From Hyphochytrium catenoides (lineage: Eukaryota > Protista > Hyphochytriomycota): a stretch of 64,000 bases of DNA. Positions 35,176-49,530 of this stretch are shown in pieces. The notes below the pieces were generated by a model. The model saw nothing but the letters and a program-made list of their open reading frames with translations. It was not told the DNA's origin and ran no database searches. The stretch is taken from NCBI GenBank assembly GCA_900088475.1, contig FLMG01001065.1:4093-68092 (forward strand), read 5' to 3'. Within the stretch, counting starts at the first letter, position 1; each line of letters starts with the position of its first letter. A program made the translations under genes and the position numbers.

Positions 35176-35676
35176 NNNNNNNNNNNNNNNNNNNNNNNNN
35201 NNNNNNNNNNNNNNNNNNNNNNNNNNNNGAGAAAGAGAGAGAGAGAGAGAGAAGGGGGAGAGAGAGAAAGAGAGAGAAGGGAAAGACGGACTAGGAAGTG
35301 CGTGGAAACGCTAGAGACGGAGCGGATATGAGGAAGAAGGTGAAGGAAAGATAGGCTCAAGGTGCCGCAAGGCGAGGAAAGAGGGCTGGGGAGAGCGATA
35401 CGGAGGAGAGAGAAGACAGAGAGAGAGAGAAAGAGAGAGAGAGAGTCAGCGTGAAGCAAGGCGTTTATTCAGTGCCACAGGCTGCTCTGTCAATACTAAT
35501 CAGTTAGAGCTTCCTACATTATAACGAAAGCCTACGGTTCGGGAAGATCAAAAAGAGAGAGAGAGAGAGAGAGACGAAGAAAGGAGCAACCTAGAGAGAA
35601 AAGAGAAACGAAAGAGACAAACAAAGAAAGAGAAAGACACAAAGAAGAGAGAAAGAGGAAGGAGAGAATTCACTCT

Positions 35677-38517
35677 TTAGAGATCCGTGGCGGACATCAG
35701 GAAATCTCTGAAGCTTTTCGGCTTCACTGCTGGGAACTTATCGTTCTGAAGATCATGAAGATGCGTCTTCTCGTTGACCTGGTCAGGGAGTGTTAACGGA
35801 AAAGGAATAAAAGAAGAGAGAGAGAGAGACAGACAGAGAGAGACAGAGAGAGAAAGAGAAAGAAACAGAGAGAGAGACATAGCGGGAGGGAGAGACGGAG
35901 AGGGAGAGAGAGAGACAGAAAGAGACAAAGAGAGAAAGAGAGAGACAGAGAGAGAGACAGAAAGGGAGAGAAAGAGAAAGTGAGAGAGAGGGAGAGAAAG
36001 AGAAAGTGAGAGAGAGAGAGAGACAGAGAGACAGAGAGGGAGAGAAAGCGAAAGTGAGAGAGAGACAGAGAGAAAGAGAGAGAGAAAGAAAGAGAGAGAG
36101 ACAGAGAGAGAGAGAGAGACAGCCAGAGAGAGAGAGAGAGGCGAGAGAAAGCTGATCTTACGCAGTAGAGCTGATACTGCAACTGGACAACTCTGGTGGC
36201 GAGACATACCAAGGTCAACCATACACAGGGGGCCGAGAAGAGACGAATCGAGAGAGAAAGAGAAAAAGAGAAAGGAAGGAGGACAAAGAGAACAGGAAAG
36301 AGAGAGAGAAAGTTGTCGGACCAAAGACAATGAACGGACAATAAAGTGCAAGACGGACGAGGGAATGGGGGAAACAAAGAGAGCGAGAGGGGAGAAGAGA
36401 AGGATAAGGCTTTGAAAGGTCAAGGCCCCTAACGCCGTCCTCTCTCCTGTCTAACGCTCTCTCTTTCCTTCTCTCTCTCTTTTCCTGTCTCTCTCTCTCT
36501 CCCCATCGCTCGGTCCAGCTTTAGCTTTTGCTCTCTGGGATTCTTTACGGTTGACTGCACTTCTGTCTCCCCGATCCTCCTACATCGTCTCTACCGCTTG
36601 TTTTGTCTTTGACCGCAGTCTCTTATCTCTCGTTCCTCCTTACCGATAAGTCTCTCTCTCTCTCTCTCTCTTTCTCTTTGTCTCCCCCTCTCTCTCTCTC
36701 TCTGTGTCTCTCTCTCTCTCTCTTCTGGGCTCTCTTTTGGTTCTGCCACTCTCTCAGTCTGTCTCCCTCCCTTCTTGTCCCGTTTCCTTCTTATCTATTC
36801 GCTGCCTCTTCGCTCCTTCTCTCTCTCTCTCTCTCACTCCCCTCTGGTTCCTTCCCCTCTCTCCCCCTCTCTCTTTCTCTCTTTCTCCCTTATCTGGCTG
36901 ACCTCCATGCTGGTGCCTGTTTGTCCTCTTTGAGCCTCTGGATCTCTTCCTCCAGGTCCTGAAGGCTGCCGAGACGATTCAACTTGACAGTCCAGCCTTT
37001 CACTGCCTCGTACAGCTGAGCCACCTCACACAGAGAGAGACGGTCGCCACGAACTAAAGCGAGAGCGAGAGCCAGAAAGAGAGAGAGAGAAAGAGAGAGA
37101 GAAAGAGAGTCAGCAAGAGAGAAAGAGTATCAGAAAGAAGAGCGTCATAGAGAGAGAGCGTCATAGAGGGAGAGTCAGGAGAGAGAGTCAAAGAGAGAGT
37201 CAAAGAGAGAGTTAGAGAGAGACAGGGTTACGGAGAGAGATGGAGGGGGCCATAGGTGAGGCTACCAAACATAGGGAGAGAGAGACATAAAGAGAAAAAC
37301 GTACAGGNNNNNNNNNNNNNNNNNNNNNNNNNNNNNNNNNNNNNNNNNNNNNNNNNNNNNNNNNNNNNNNNNNNNNNNNNNNNNNNNNNNNNNNNNNNNN
37401 NNNNNNNNNNNNNNNNNNCGAAGGCAAAGAGGGAAAAGAGACTGAAAAGGGTAACAGAGAAAAAAGGCCGGAGCGAGAAAGAGAGAGAGCATGCTCACCG
37501 TGCACATCTCCCACTACTTCTTCCTTTAGCACCGCCTCCACAGTGAAGGCAGCCGCATCTACACAGCCAGTAAATAAATCACTCCCTGGCAGCTTTGTCA
37601 TCTCTCTCTCTCTCTTTCTCTTCGTTTCTTCTCCCACACTCTTTCCGTGTTGCCAAGTCTCTCGCTTACCTTAGCTTTCACTCCCACTTCCCGTCTTTCT
37701 CCTTTCCTCCCGTTCTCTCCTTTCTCATCCTCTCTTTCTCTTTCATTCATATGCTGTGGCTCTCTTCCGTGTTCTCTCTCTCTCTCTCTCTCTCATCTGC
37801 TTACCTTCATAGCTGGTAAAGTCAATCTTCTCCTCTCCTGAGCCGTAGAAGTTCAAGGCCTTTGCCTCCTTGTCCCAGACGCCCAGAAACCCAAAGAGAA
37901 CCTCCATGAAGCAGCCGCAGAAGATGTGCACAGTGGACTGAGAGAGAGAGAGAGAGAGAATGATGGTGAAGGAGAGAGAGAGACGGCAAGAGAGAGAGAT
38001 GGAAGGAGGATACAGGGTCCAGAAGAAGATGGCAAGGAGAAGATTAGCTAGATGTTCTTTCTCTCCCTTGACCACCGCGAAACAATCGTGGTCGTCTCAC
38101 CTTCTCTGTCTCACTACCTTTCTCTTTCTCTCGCTTTTTCTCTCTCTCTCTCTCTCTTTCTCTCTGTCTATCTTAGAAAAGGAAAATCTCTGTAAGCACT
38201 AGCCATTCCCTCATTCTCACTTCGACCACGGCTCCTCGCTTCATTCTCTTTCTCTTCTGTCTCAGAGATTTCATACACTCTCTTACGCTCTCTCTTTCTG
38301 TCTCTCTTCCTCTATCCTCTTCTTCCAGCCTCATCTTTCCTCTAACGCTCTCTCTCTCTCTCTTCTCATTCTTCTTCCTCTGCCTTCGACTCTCTCCCTT
38401 ACAATGTCTTTGTGTTGGTCCGTGTACTCAGCGAACGCTCTCTGCCAGTCCTTGTGAGGGTGGCTGCCCGGCGGAAGGCGGCGATAGTCCATCGTAAAGT
38501 CAGAGGCCACGAATCGC

Positions 38518-38590
<73 letters not shown>

Positions 38591-39320
38591 AGCAGAGAGA
38601 GAAAACAAAAGCGAGAACGAGAAAAGCGTCAGCGACACAGAGGAAGAGCAAAGGGAAAGATCACATTGCTGTTGAGCTCTGCAAAGTATGATGTCCGACT
38701 GAAAAAGAAAATAAGTAGTTTCTCTTCCAACTCGGACTCCTCCGTTTGCTGCGGTTTGCCCGCCCTAGCCTCTCTCTCTTTCTTTTCTCTTTCTCTATCC
38801 CTACGTGGTCATCCCCAGAGGCCTTTCTCCGTCACCAGTATCTTTTTCTCTCTCTTCTTCTCTCTCTCTCTCTCGTCTTTCTCTCTTTCTTCTCTCTCTT
38901 ATTTCTTCTCTCTCCTCCTCCTCTCTCTCTCTCTCTCTCTCTCTCTTTTTCTTTCTCTCTCTCTCTCTCTCTCTTTTGGCTCTTTACCTTGACTCCACAG
39001 CTCCTAGCAGCGTCAAACAAGTTCTTCTGTCCCTCGAGAAAGACTCTCTCCTCTCCCACGACACAGGAGATGACCGCGAACTTGTCCTTGCAGGCTTTAT
39101 ACAGAGAATCACGGTCAAAGAGATCGCCCTCGAGAAAGACAATGCCTCTTTCGTCTCTCTCTCTCCCGCCAACTTTCTTCTTATCTCGTACAAGCCCAAA
39201 TATCTTTACTTCCTCTCCGCGGGTGCGGTGCAGATACTCTGTCACCAGAGAGCCTAGCCGCCCATTCGCACCAACGACAAGGAATTTTTTGGCGTTTACA
39301 TTCTCATAAGGCGTGATCAT
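35677..39320 (-). CDS. NmrA-like atypical SDR (NAD(P)-binding Rossmann fold); exons 39320-38988, 38516-38403, 37937-37805, 37558-37499, 37053-36903, 36192-36162, 35778-35677 (~307 aa)
   Basis: LVVGANGRLG glycine motif, EGQKNLFDAARSCGVK|RFVASDF, IDFTSYE|DAAAFTVEA, LQNDKFPAVKPKSFRDFL. All six introns are GT..AG and the exons sum to an open 924-nt frame. Confidence 0.85.
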
Positions 39321-39913
39321 CTTCTCTCTCTCTCTTTTCTTCGTCTTTTTGCTCTTCTTCTCTCTCTCTCTCGCTCTCTTAGCTCGCGTCTCTCCTCTCT
39401 CTCAGGTCCCTGCTTTCTTATATCTTTTTGTCTATCTCGATGCGGCCTCTCTCCTGTCTCTCTCGATCCGCTGTCTCTTCTCTTTTAGTGTTCGTAGAGT
39501 ATTTGTCAGTCTTTGGTTACCGATCACGGTTTTCAACTTGTGAGCTTTAGCAGAGATCGTAGACTGCAAGGAGGCTTTCGCGGCGGCAAAGAGTTAAAAG
39601 AGAGAGGAGAGAGAGAGAGAGAGAGAGAGTGAGAGAGAGAGACGGGTACGGGGAGAGAGAGAGAGAGATGACGCATGGGGATGGAGTGATGGACGGGACT
39701 GAAGCTAACTACTCCGTAGGAAGTATGGGATAAATTGGGGCAAAGATATGGGCAAAGACCAGAGGAAGGCTACAGACGAGTTCTTCTTGCAGCAGAAGAG
39801 GAAGCTATGATGAGATAGTTCTAGGGGGAAAGACGGCTTGATCTTGTTGGAGAGAAGAGAGAAGAAAGAGAGAGAGGGAGAGAGAGAGACAGAGAGAAGG
39901 CGGGGGAGAGAGA

Positions 39914-39983
<70 letters not shown>

Positions 39984-40299
39984 GCAAGATGGAATCAGAA
40001 CATGGGTCAAAGAAGAAGAGGACCAGCAAAAGAACAGGGCGACATGCGGGAGAGCGAAGAGAAAGGAAAGCAGCACCCTAAGTGCGGCTATGTTCTGATC
40101 TCTCTAACCGAACCAGCATTCTTATAGGTAATCAGAACCCTGGACGGTCCAGGTAGACAGGTTTGGGGCAGTTCTCAAGAAAGATTACGCGCAGCTGATG
40201 CGTTGTCTCGTCCTCTCCTTTCTTCCAGAGTGTTTCCACCTTATTGCTCTCCCTGCTTGTTCTCCTCTCTCTCTCTCCCTTTCTCTCTCTCTCTCTCTC

Positions 40300-43200
40300 T
40301 GTCTCGCTCTCCTATCTGTTGATGTGAGAGAAACCCAATCCATTCTGTCTGGGGGGGTTTCTAAGGCAAGAACGGTGGGGGTCTCTCTCTCTCTCTCTCA
40401 CTCTTCTCTCTCTTTCCCTTCGGCCTTCCTGTCTCTTTCTCTCTCTCTCTCTTTCCCCCTCTGTTGACGCAAAAAAAATTCAACCAATTCTTTTCTGGGT
40501 GGTGGACTCTAAGGGAAACAGAAGAGATTTGAGGCTGGGGCGGGTCTGTGCTTCTCCCTAAGGGTTGCCTTCTCTCTATCTTTCTGTCTGTCTCTCTCTC
40601 TCTCTCCCTCTGTCTCTCCATCCCTCCCTCTCTCTCTCTCTCCCTCTCCTCTGATGATGCAAAACAAACCCAATCGGGCGGATCTCTAAGCAAACAGCGC
40701 TTGATGCTGGGGCAGACTGTGCTTCCCCCTAACAATAACACCTGTTCCTCAACGACAAAAAAAAGTAATGGACTTCTCATCACTCATCTTCTTCCCAGAG
40801 CAACGAGGTAAATAACACTTCCTTCTTCCCTCGGTAAGGCTTCGGATTCACTCTAAGCAAACCGGCGGTCGTGGGCGATGCTGTTCGTCTCTTCTTCTCA
40901 GGCATCATTATGTTTCTTCTTCTCCTTCTTTTTTCTTCTTTATGTTATTAGGCTTTATCATGATGCCTGACAAGCTCTTCCATTCCTTGAATAGAGTGAC
41001 CAAGCAGGAGGAGGAAGCGGTGATGTGCGAGAGTATCGACCAAGAGGAGGAGGGGCTCGCTATTGACCTGTCCAAATCTTCATCATACCTCCTCTCTACG
41101 TCTTCTTGTTCTTCTTTCTCCATCTTCGTCTATATCATCTAAACTCTCTTTCTTCTTTCCCTGTCTCTGCCATTCCTTCTATGCTCTCATCAAACCACAG
41201 TCGTACTGATGGAAATGGCACTTTGTCTCTACCTTTCCTTACAAGGACGGTGCTGGCAGCAGGGAAAGACACGGCGAAGAGTGATGAGCATCTGTGACGC
41301 CCGTGGTGAGCTTCATCATATAAACGAAGAAAGAACACCTAAATTCCAATCCCAGCACTGTCCCATAACGAGTGTGCCATATACCATATAATGGAGCAGG
41401 AGAAGAAGAGGGGAAGGAAGAATCAAGATCCTCAGTCAAGGAGAAGTACAAGGAGGGAGATCCGTGGTGGGGAGAAGATAGGTGGTGGGTGCTGCTGTTG
41501 GCGGTAGTGGTAAACGCAGCCACTGTCTCGTTGATGGACCGTGGCGTACTGCCTACTATATGAGGAACAGGAAGAAGGATCGCTCGTGGGATGATGATGA
41601 AGAAGAAGGAGCAAAAGCTTTCAAATGTACTACGCTACGAGTCCTACCCCTTGGGCTGCAAATTGAAGTGATTGACCTCATGATGGAAGAGGAGCACATC
41701 CTCTTCGAGTAAGTAGCAAGGGGCTACTGGGACAGCGGGCAGGTGAGGAAGAAGGAAACAAGATCTGTGTTGGTGCATAGAAGAAGAGATTGTTCTCAGT
41801 CACTAGCTCTTTATGAAAAAAGCATATCGTGAAGCCCTGCTTCTTCGTAGGTGGAGGTCTTTGTGGTGGAGGACGGGCAAAGCAAGAAGAATCAATTATT
41901 AATAAAAATAGGAGTAGGAGGGGACAAAAGAGGTAAGGCCTTAAGCATCAAGAGTCTCGAAAAAAAGGAGGAAAATGATGGGTGGCTTTCTGTCAGCTTG
42001 GGACAGGGTGCAGGGAGGAGAATCACCTCCTGTCAACCTATCTGCTTCTCAATTGGTTCAGAAGACGCGAAGCAGAGTTGTCTGTTGGCTTCGACGCTGA
42101 AACCGGACAAGAGCCACGGTTCTATCTGTAGTAGATATAGAAAATGAGAACTATCAAGTGCTTGGATATGGATGGGCAGATCAACGACGACAGCATCGAA
42201 AGCGTGGAGCCGCTGGAGAAGAACTGAGGATGAGCTGCCCAAGGTAGGTCTAGGGAGTGAGCGAGACGACGTAGAAAGAGAAAAGTAATCACTGATACCT
42301 TAGGGATCGGGAGTAGCATAGTAGCACAGGAGAGTTCAAGAGGGGTTATTCTGAGGGGAAGTTCATCAATAGCGGTGAACAGAGAAGGTGACAGAGGAAG
42401 AAGAGGAAGCTTCTTTCTACATTGCTAAGAGCAGCTAGTCTTTTGCTTCGTGTTACAGAAGCAACCCAGTCATCAATAAAGCCGTTCTTCACCTTTCTGC
42501 TGCGCGCTTGTCGATCTTCAGTAGTGCTTTGTAGATCTGACTGTCGCCTTGGTGGCCAGCTCAGTCTACAAACTCTGCAGGGGAGCTTCCTATGTCTTCT
42601 GACGTCTGCTTCAGCTAAATAACCTTAGCTCCGAGTCAGCTAATCGATCCGTGGCACAGACCGAGTCTGACAACTTGCTCTGCTTCAGATAATCAGTAAT
42701 TGTCACACTGGGAGGAGATCGAGAGTTGTTGAGATTGAAGAGTGTCAGTTAACTTTTAATGCCACATTGTCATATAGCTCTAAAGAACTCATAATGGCTA
42801 AGAAGTGAATGGCGAAGAAGGAGACGGAGAAGGAGAAGAAGAAAGAAAAGAAGAAGGAGAAGAAGAAAGAGAAGAAGAAAGAGAAGAAGAAGAAAAATGA
42901 AGAGGAGGCGAGAGCTACAAAGCCCTGGACGGACTCTTCAACACATTCTGCTTCTCCGTTCTCACCATCAATGTCAGAAAAGGAAGAAGAATCATTGTTC
43001 AACACTTCCGCAATAATGATAGGAGACGGAGGAGGAGAAGAAGAAGAAGAAGGCGTGGCGCCGAGACGTTCATCATCATCACGGTCAATCATCCAAGCTG
43101 GAGCGGGGTCCAACGGGCTGAACAGGACTAGGCTTCAAGATCTGTAACGCATTCTTTTTGTGATGACAGAAGAGGATTGGTAAGGTTTGATGAGTCGTTT

Positions 43201-46200
43201 TTACTGGGTGGTATCGAATAGCCTAAACCACCAGATTACCAAATTCTAGGGAACGTTTCTGCAACTTTCCGAGGCTCTGATTGGTCAATCGATCTACTAG
43301 GAGACTCTCAGATCTGAAAAGGGGGTGCCACCCCCTTTTCAATTCACCATTAGGGTTCAGCACGCTTATTACATATTTTCTCAGGGATCGGCACTAGGTT
43401 AGTGGTTATTATTTCTTTCTGGTCCGAACAGCTTGGATTCGGAAGGCAGAGCACTTTCAGATCTTCGTGCTTGTTATCGATTCCTCTACCATCTGTCGGA
43501 AATAGACCCTAATTTCCTAGATCCTACCAGACTTTTCTCCTAGTACAACGTTGACGAACAACGATGACAACATGAACAACGATGCCAACATCCTCACATC
43601 CTCACCCTCATCGAAATCACTGCCCGAGCTTCAAGCTAAGAGGTTTTAGTAGAGATTTATTGACAGATGGTATCTCTCATCTGCCATCGCCGCCCTGGAT
43701 CTCCCCACCAAAAGAGGAGAAGGAGGATCGTCTTGTTCTCATAGTTCTCCCTCATGCAGTCCCACTGCTAATTGATGATAGCATAATCGAGTCAAGTAGT
43801 ACCTTTGCTTGTGAGCAAATAGCTGCTACTACGACAAAGATGATGCGTTCACATCTTCTCTGACTTTTGCATCCATTCTGAAGACTGAAGACGACTGCAT
43901 CTGAAGATTTTTATTGCGTTCGTGCCAAGAAGAGCATAGAACTTCTTCCTGTTCATTCACAGTACTCCCAAGCTATCACTTTAGATTGACCGCAGGAGTA
44001 ATAATATGAACTCACATGTTTTAGTGTCAAAGTAGCGTACTACTATTCTGGCTTTCACTCTGAACGTTTAGGAACTCGAGACCAGCTATTTGATAGCTTT
44101 GACCAGCCAAGTCCTAGGAGTCTAGGGCCATTCTGAAGTTCTGGTAATCTGGTGATTTGGTGGCTCCGGCTATTCGATACCACCCGCTATAATAAGAGAA
44201 ACGTCTTTACCGTCCACAAATCTAGGACTCCTGGTCATGATCCTAAAATTTTGGAGGGCATCCTAAAATTCTGGCAGGTGGCGAAACGGCTGAGCTCCTC
44301 CTGGAGAATGGCTGAATGGAGGCTCCTCATTGGTTGGGACAATTTGAGGAACTGTATTCTATTACGGATCTGAGATTAGTAGAATCTCATCAGATTGGCG
44401 TTCAAATTTATGAAACTATGGCCAATGTAAACCTTAGGCTTAACACTTGCCATAGTCAATAGCAGAGGAGATGCCCGCCTAGAGTTCACTTTTATGACAC
44501 CTTGGCGGCTTGCATCTAGACTGCTTTGTCCTCTCTCTTCTCTTGCTCGCTCGCTCTCTCCCTCTCCCTCCATCTCTCTCTCCCTCTCTTTCGCCCTCTC
44601 TCCTCCCTCTGTTGATGCATAACAAACCCAAACCATCCTTTCTGGCAGAGTTTCTGAGGAAAAACTGTGCTTCTCCCATAAGAGTTGCGTTCTTCCCTCT
44701 CTCTCTCTTTCTCTATTATCTCTCTCTCTCTGTCTGCTCTCTCTCTCTGTGCCTCTCTCTCTCTTCTAGGTCTCCCTCTGTCTCTCTCTGTCTCTCTGCC
44801 TTTCTCTCTCTCTCTCTCCTCTCTGTTGATGCAAAACAAACCTAACTCATTCTTCTTTCGGGGTGGTCTCTAGGAAGCAGTGCTTGATGCTGGAAGATGA
44901 CTGGGCTTCTATCTAATAATAACCCCTGTTTTCATAATCAATGACCACAAAGAATCAATGGACTCCTCATCACTCATCTTTCCAAAGGAACAAGGTAGAT
45001 AATAGAACTACTACTACTTTTCTCCTCGTCGGTGAGGCTTCGGACTCACTCTACGGAGGTGCGCTCTTCCCTTCTACCTCTCTCTCACGCTTTTGAAGCG
45101 TTGCTCTCTCTGCTTGGGCGCAGCAGAGGCAGGCAGCAGCTAGCTCAGGCGGTCGTGGGCGGTGCTGTTCGTCTCTTCTTCTCATCAGTGAAGCAGATCG
45201 AGCCCTCAGACTCGGCCTATGCTACTGATCGGTCGATTGGCTGGCTGGCACGGAGCTAAGGTTACTTCATTGAGTAGACGTAAGAAAACATAGGAAGCTC
45301 TTCTTCCGCAGAGTTTGTAGACTGAGCTGGCCACACCCAGACTGGTCAACCAGACTATCCCGCAACTCGGGACTCATACGACAGTCATATCTCAAAAGCA
45401 CTACTACTGAAGATTGACAATCGTGCAGCAGAAAGATGAAGAACGGCTTTATTGATGAATGGGTTGCTTCTTCTGTAACACGAAGCAAAAGACTAACTGC
45501 TGTTAGCAATGTAGGAAACAAGCTCCGCTCCCTCTTTCTGTCTCTTCCTCTGTTCACCACTACTACTACTAGTAGTAGTGAGCTTCCTTCATAATAGTCC
45601 CTCTTTACCTCTCCTAGGCTGCTACTCTGCTACTCCCTAGTAAAGGTGGTTCCGTGTCTAAATCTCTCTTTCCACGTCTTCCCTCTCACTCCCTAGACCA
45701 CCTACCTTGGGCAAGCAGCTTATCCTCACTGTTCTTCTTCTCCAGCTGGCTCCAAGCTTCCACGCTGTCATTGTTGATGATCTGCCCATACATATACAAG
45801 TACTTGGCTGTTCTCATTCCATATCTACTATAAATAGAATATTGGCTCTTTGTCCCGTTTCAGCTTCGAGTCCAACTCTGCCTCGCATCTTCTGAACCAA
45901 TCAAGAAGTAAATAGCTTGGCAGGTGATTCTCCGCCCTCCTCCTGCACCCTGTTACAAACACTCAGTCATTATGTGTCTTCTCTTTCTTCCTTCTTCTTT
46001 CTTCTTGTTATTAGGCTTTATCATGATGGCTGATTGCCTCTTCCATTTCTTGGATAGAGTGACAAGAAGAAGGAGACCAGATCTCTGTTGGTGAATAGAA
46101 GAGAAGATTGTTCACAGTCAGTCACTTTTTGTAGAAAGATACCTTGAGCCCTGCTTCGTGGGTGGAGCTCTTTGTTGTGGTGGAGGACGGGCACGAGAAG

Positions 46201-46350
46201 AACTAACTTCCAATAAAAAGAAGAAACGTCAGTTGTTCTTCGGCGCAAGACCCTGCTAATGGTGTAGAAGAGGAGTAGGAAGGCAAGAAAAGAGGTAAGT
46301 ATACAAGAGTTTCGAAAAAGGAGAAGAAATTGATGGGTGCCTTTCTGTCA
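40300..46350. repeat. Diverged segmental duplication with an internal inversion (40.3-42.7 kb vs 44.55-46.35 kb), probably decayed coding or TE sequence
   Basis: Direct matches 40650-40900/44820-45185, 40905-41010/45968-46075 and 41760-42000/46080-46350; inverted match ~42000-42690/45190-45955 (compare ORFs 42422+ and 45267..45560-). Confidence 0.75.
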
Positions 46351-48018
46351 TCAGCTACCCTCAACCATTTATAACTACTGCTATCTTACTAGAGGAAGAA
46401 AAGAAAGAGACTGAGAAGGCTTGCCCTCTCAATCCCTTGATGCAGCGAAGGGTTCCAACCAAACAACAAGAGAGTCAGCAACATCGGTCGGCAGTTCGGC
46501 GACCACTCCACTACTACTACTCAGAGGCTTGACCGCGCACTAATGAGCCCACTGCACTAATAGAAAGAAGCATCATCATAGAAAGAAAGATCATCATCAT
46601 CGACTGTCCACGTCAACATTTCTGTCGTTCTCGTACCATCTCTTGTACAATTGCTCTCTCTCTCTCTTATCTCTTCGCTGCTGGGCAGCCTCTCGTGCTG
46701 CTCCTCCGTCCCAGCACCAAACAAGTAGTAGACTCTCATCTAACAAACTCTTCATGGCACAAGAATGTGCGGATTCCAATCATCATTACCCCAACCCTGT
46801 CATTCTCTCTATTATTTACACATGGGTCTCACGGATGACGTAGGAAGAATGTGCGCAAGACTATCTTTATTGGTTGGCTTGAGCTTCGCTTGTGGCTACC
46901 ATTGTGACCGATAAAAGGACCTTGGCTTCCGATTTCCTAGGGAGACAGACAGATGAGGACAATGGGAAGAAGTGAGAAAGGAAGATACGTTCTACTCGTG
47001 TCCACGATCTTCGGCTTGCATCCTGGATACTTCTGCCGACAACGAGCTTTATCCTCCAATGCTGGCGGACTATTTTGAATAACATAGAACTAGAGGTTGT
47101 GTTTTGGCGTAGTGCCAAAGTTACAGTCCGCTCTTTGGAGTTCAAGGATATCACGCCGAGCCCGCAACATGGACGGACGCGGAAACAATGGAAGAGAAAA
47201 TTTTTAATCAAAGCTTGGGAAGAAAACCATAGAACTAGAGGAAAATTGGACAGCATCTTATCCATTCCAGGAACGTGCGTGGCAGACATGCAGGCTGGCA
47301 GAAAGAGCCAACCACAGAGCCAAACGCTGCTTCTTGTGAAGATGATGCTTCGTCATGGAAAAAGTCTATTATTGCAGGAAGATGGGCTTTATTGGACTAA
47401 AGTAAGCCTTTATTGGATGCAGGAAACTTCCACATGCACTCATAAAGGCGAGACAGAGTCTGCATAAAGGCGTTAATTGACCAAAGAAGCACATTGGCGA
47501 GATTGTGGTGGATAGTTAACGGAGAGAACTAAATGGAAAAGAGGTGGAAGAGGAAGAGAGAGTGGATAACACTTTGGGCTGGTACATAAGCCGTCTTTCG
47601 AATCTTGAGGTTTGAGGACCCACTCCACCTACGAATAAGCGGATGGGGCTGGTGTTTCTGATAATAATTAGACAATCGAGAATAAATAGTGACTTCTGGC
47701 TGCGGATGCTAGATTTATGCAGAGTGTTTGTTGGATCTTTTGGATAGGTGGGTGGGAGAGAGTTCGCTGCTGGTGAGCATCGCAAAAGAGCTAGAGCTAT
47801 TTTTATCAAGGAGAGGGTGGATGGGCATATAAGTGGTAGTACAGCCCTCCGCGAAGCCACACATTATGTTCCTGCAAGATCCTCGAACATTATAAAGGGC
47901 TTGCCGAGCCCATACATTACATGTCAGACAATGAAACGTCTGCGATGTGGAAGGGGTCGATGGTACATTTTGTGACACAGCGTTTGGAGAGGCCAAACAC
48001 TTCTTTGGATCACAGTCT

Positions 48019-48062
<44 letters not shown>

Positions 48063-48815
48063 TGGCTTTGCTCTCTCTTTCTCTCTACTCTATCTATCCA
48101 ACTTCCACTCACTGGACCTTTGAAAGCCACCAAACGCTTCGTCTCTCCTCTCCTATCTTTGCTTGTTGCTAGTGTCTCTCTCCCTCTCTGTCTGTCTGCC
48201 TCCTTACCTGCGCTAAATCTTTGTTGGCTCTCTCTCTCTTCCTCACTCATCCCTTTCGTGGAGAAGACTATGCTCCGACTTAGTGGCTGGTCTCTCCTCT
48301 CCCTTCCCCGCTCTCTCTGTATCCCTTGGATTTCTTTAACCTTAACGTTTTTCCGCCTAATAACCACGTTTCTTTCCACATTCCCCAGCAGAGAGACAGA
48401 GAGAGGAAGAGACAGAGAGAAATCAAGAAGAGAGTGAGACAGGAAAAGCCACCGATAAGCTTAGGGAGGGGGGAAGCAAGAAGGAAGACATAGGAGATAC
48501 ATGGCCAGTGGAAAGGGGAGAGGTAAACGCTGGGAGGAACATGACAGGGAGGGTGCGAGGAAGAGTGAGGGGGATAGAAGAAACAAGCCTCCTCTGTTCT
48601 CTGTGACGAGGGAGAGAGCGAGACAAAGAGCAAAGTCTTCGCTCCAGGACGGAGAAAGAGAGGAACAAAAGAGAGAACTCGGTTTGAGAGGGAGAGAGCG
48701 AAGAGAGATAAATTGAGAGGGAGAGAGCGAAGAGAGATAAAGAGCCAATGTACGGGTTCTAAGACCATTTGCTAGACAGAGAAGCAAAGAGTCACCTGCA
48801 TTCCCTTTTCCTGGA

Positions 48816-48865
<50 letters not shown>

Positions 48866-49530
48866 CTTTCTCTCACTTTATAGAAATCAGCAGGCTCCAT
48901 CATCTTACGCTCTGACCCTACGATTTCGTCGAAGTCCTTACATTTTCCCCTTACGGAAGCTTTTAATCCACCTGTCATTTGTGAGCCAGTACGAGAACGG
49001 CATGTGCCCCACTTTCTTGCTTCGCTCTCTTTCCTTTCCTTTGCCTCCCTTCTTCCCTATCCCCTCTTATCGCCTACTGCCTTAATAATCGCTCTTTGCA
49101 CTCTTTTGCGGCGCTGTCTGTGATACAACTCTCCTCCCTCTCTCTCTCTCAGCCTTGTCGGACAGTGCCACCCGCTTGCCCTCAGCGTATTAACTCTTCC
49201 CTCTGACAGGACTAACTCACGCCACACAGTGACTCTCTCTCTCTCTTTTTCTCTCTCGCCTCGAGCTCGGCTCCATTTCTCTGGAGCAACTGCATTGTCT
49301 CAGCATTGTCTCTCGCTTTTCCTGCACTTTGAAGATTGTTGAGCTCTGTCTCTGGCGCTTACCATCGGCCTCGAATCCGGCAAGATGGAGGAGGTCAACA
49401 AAATCTCGTAGTGGGTCTCCTCTCTCTCTCTCCCTCTCCCGTTTTGTCTCGATTTCCTCCCTTCTGCCAATTCTCGGTATCGCTCTCTTCCTCTACTTGA
49501 AGGCCTTTCTCTTGTGACAAAGAGAGAGCG

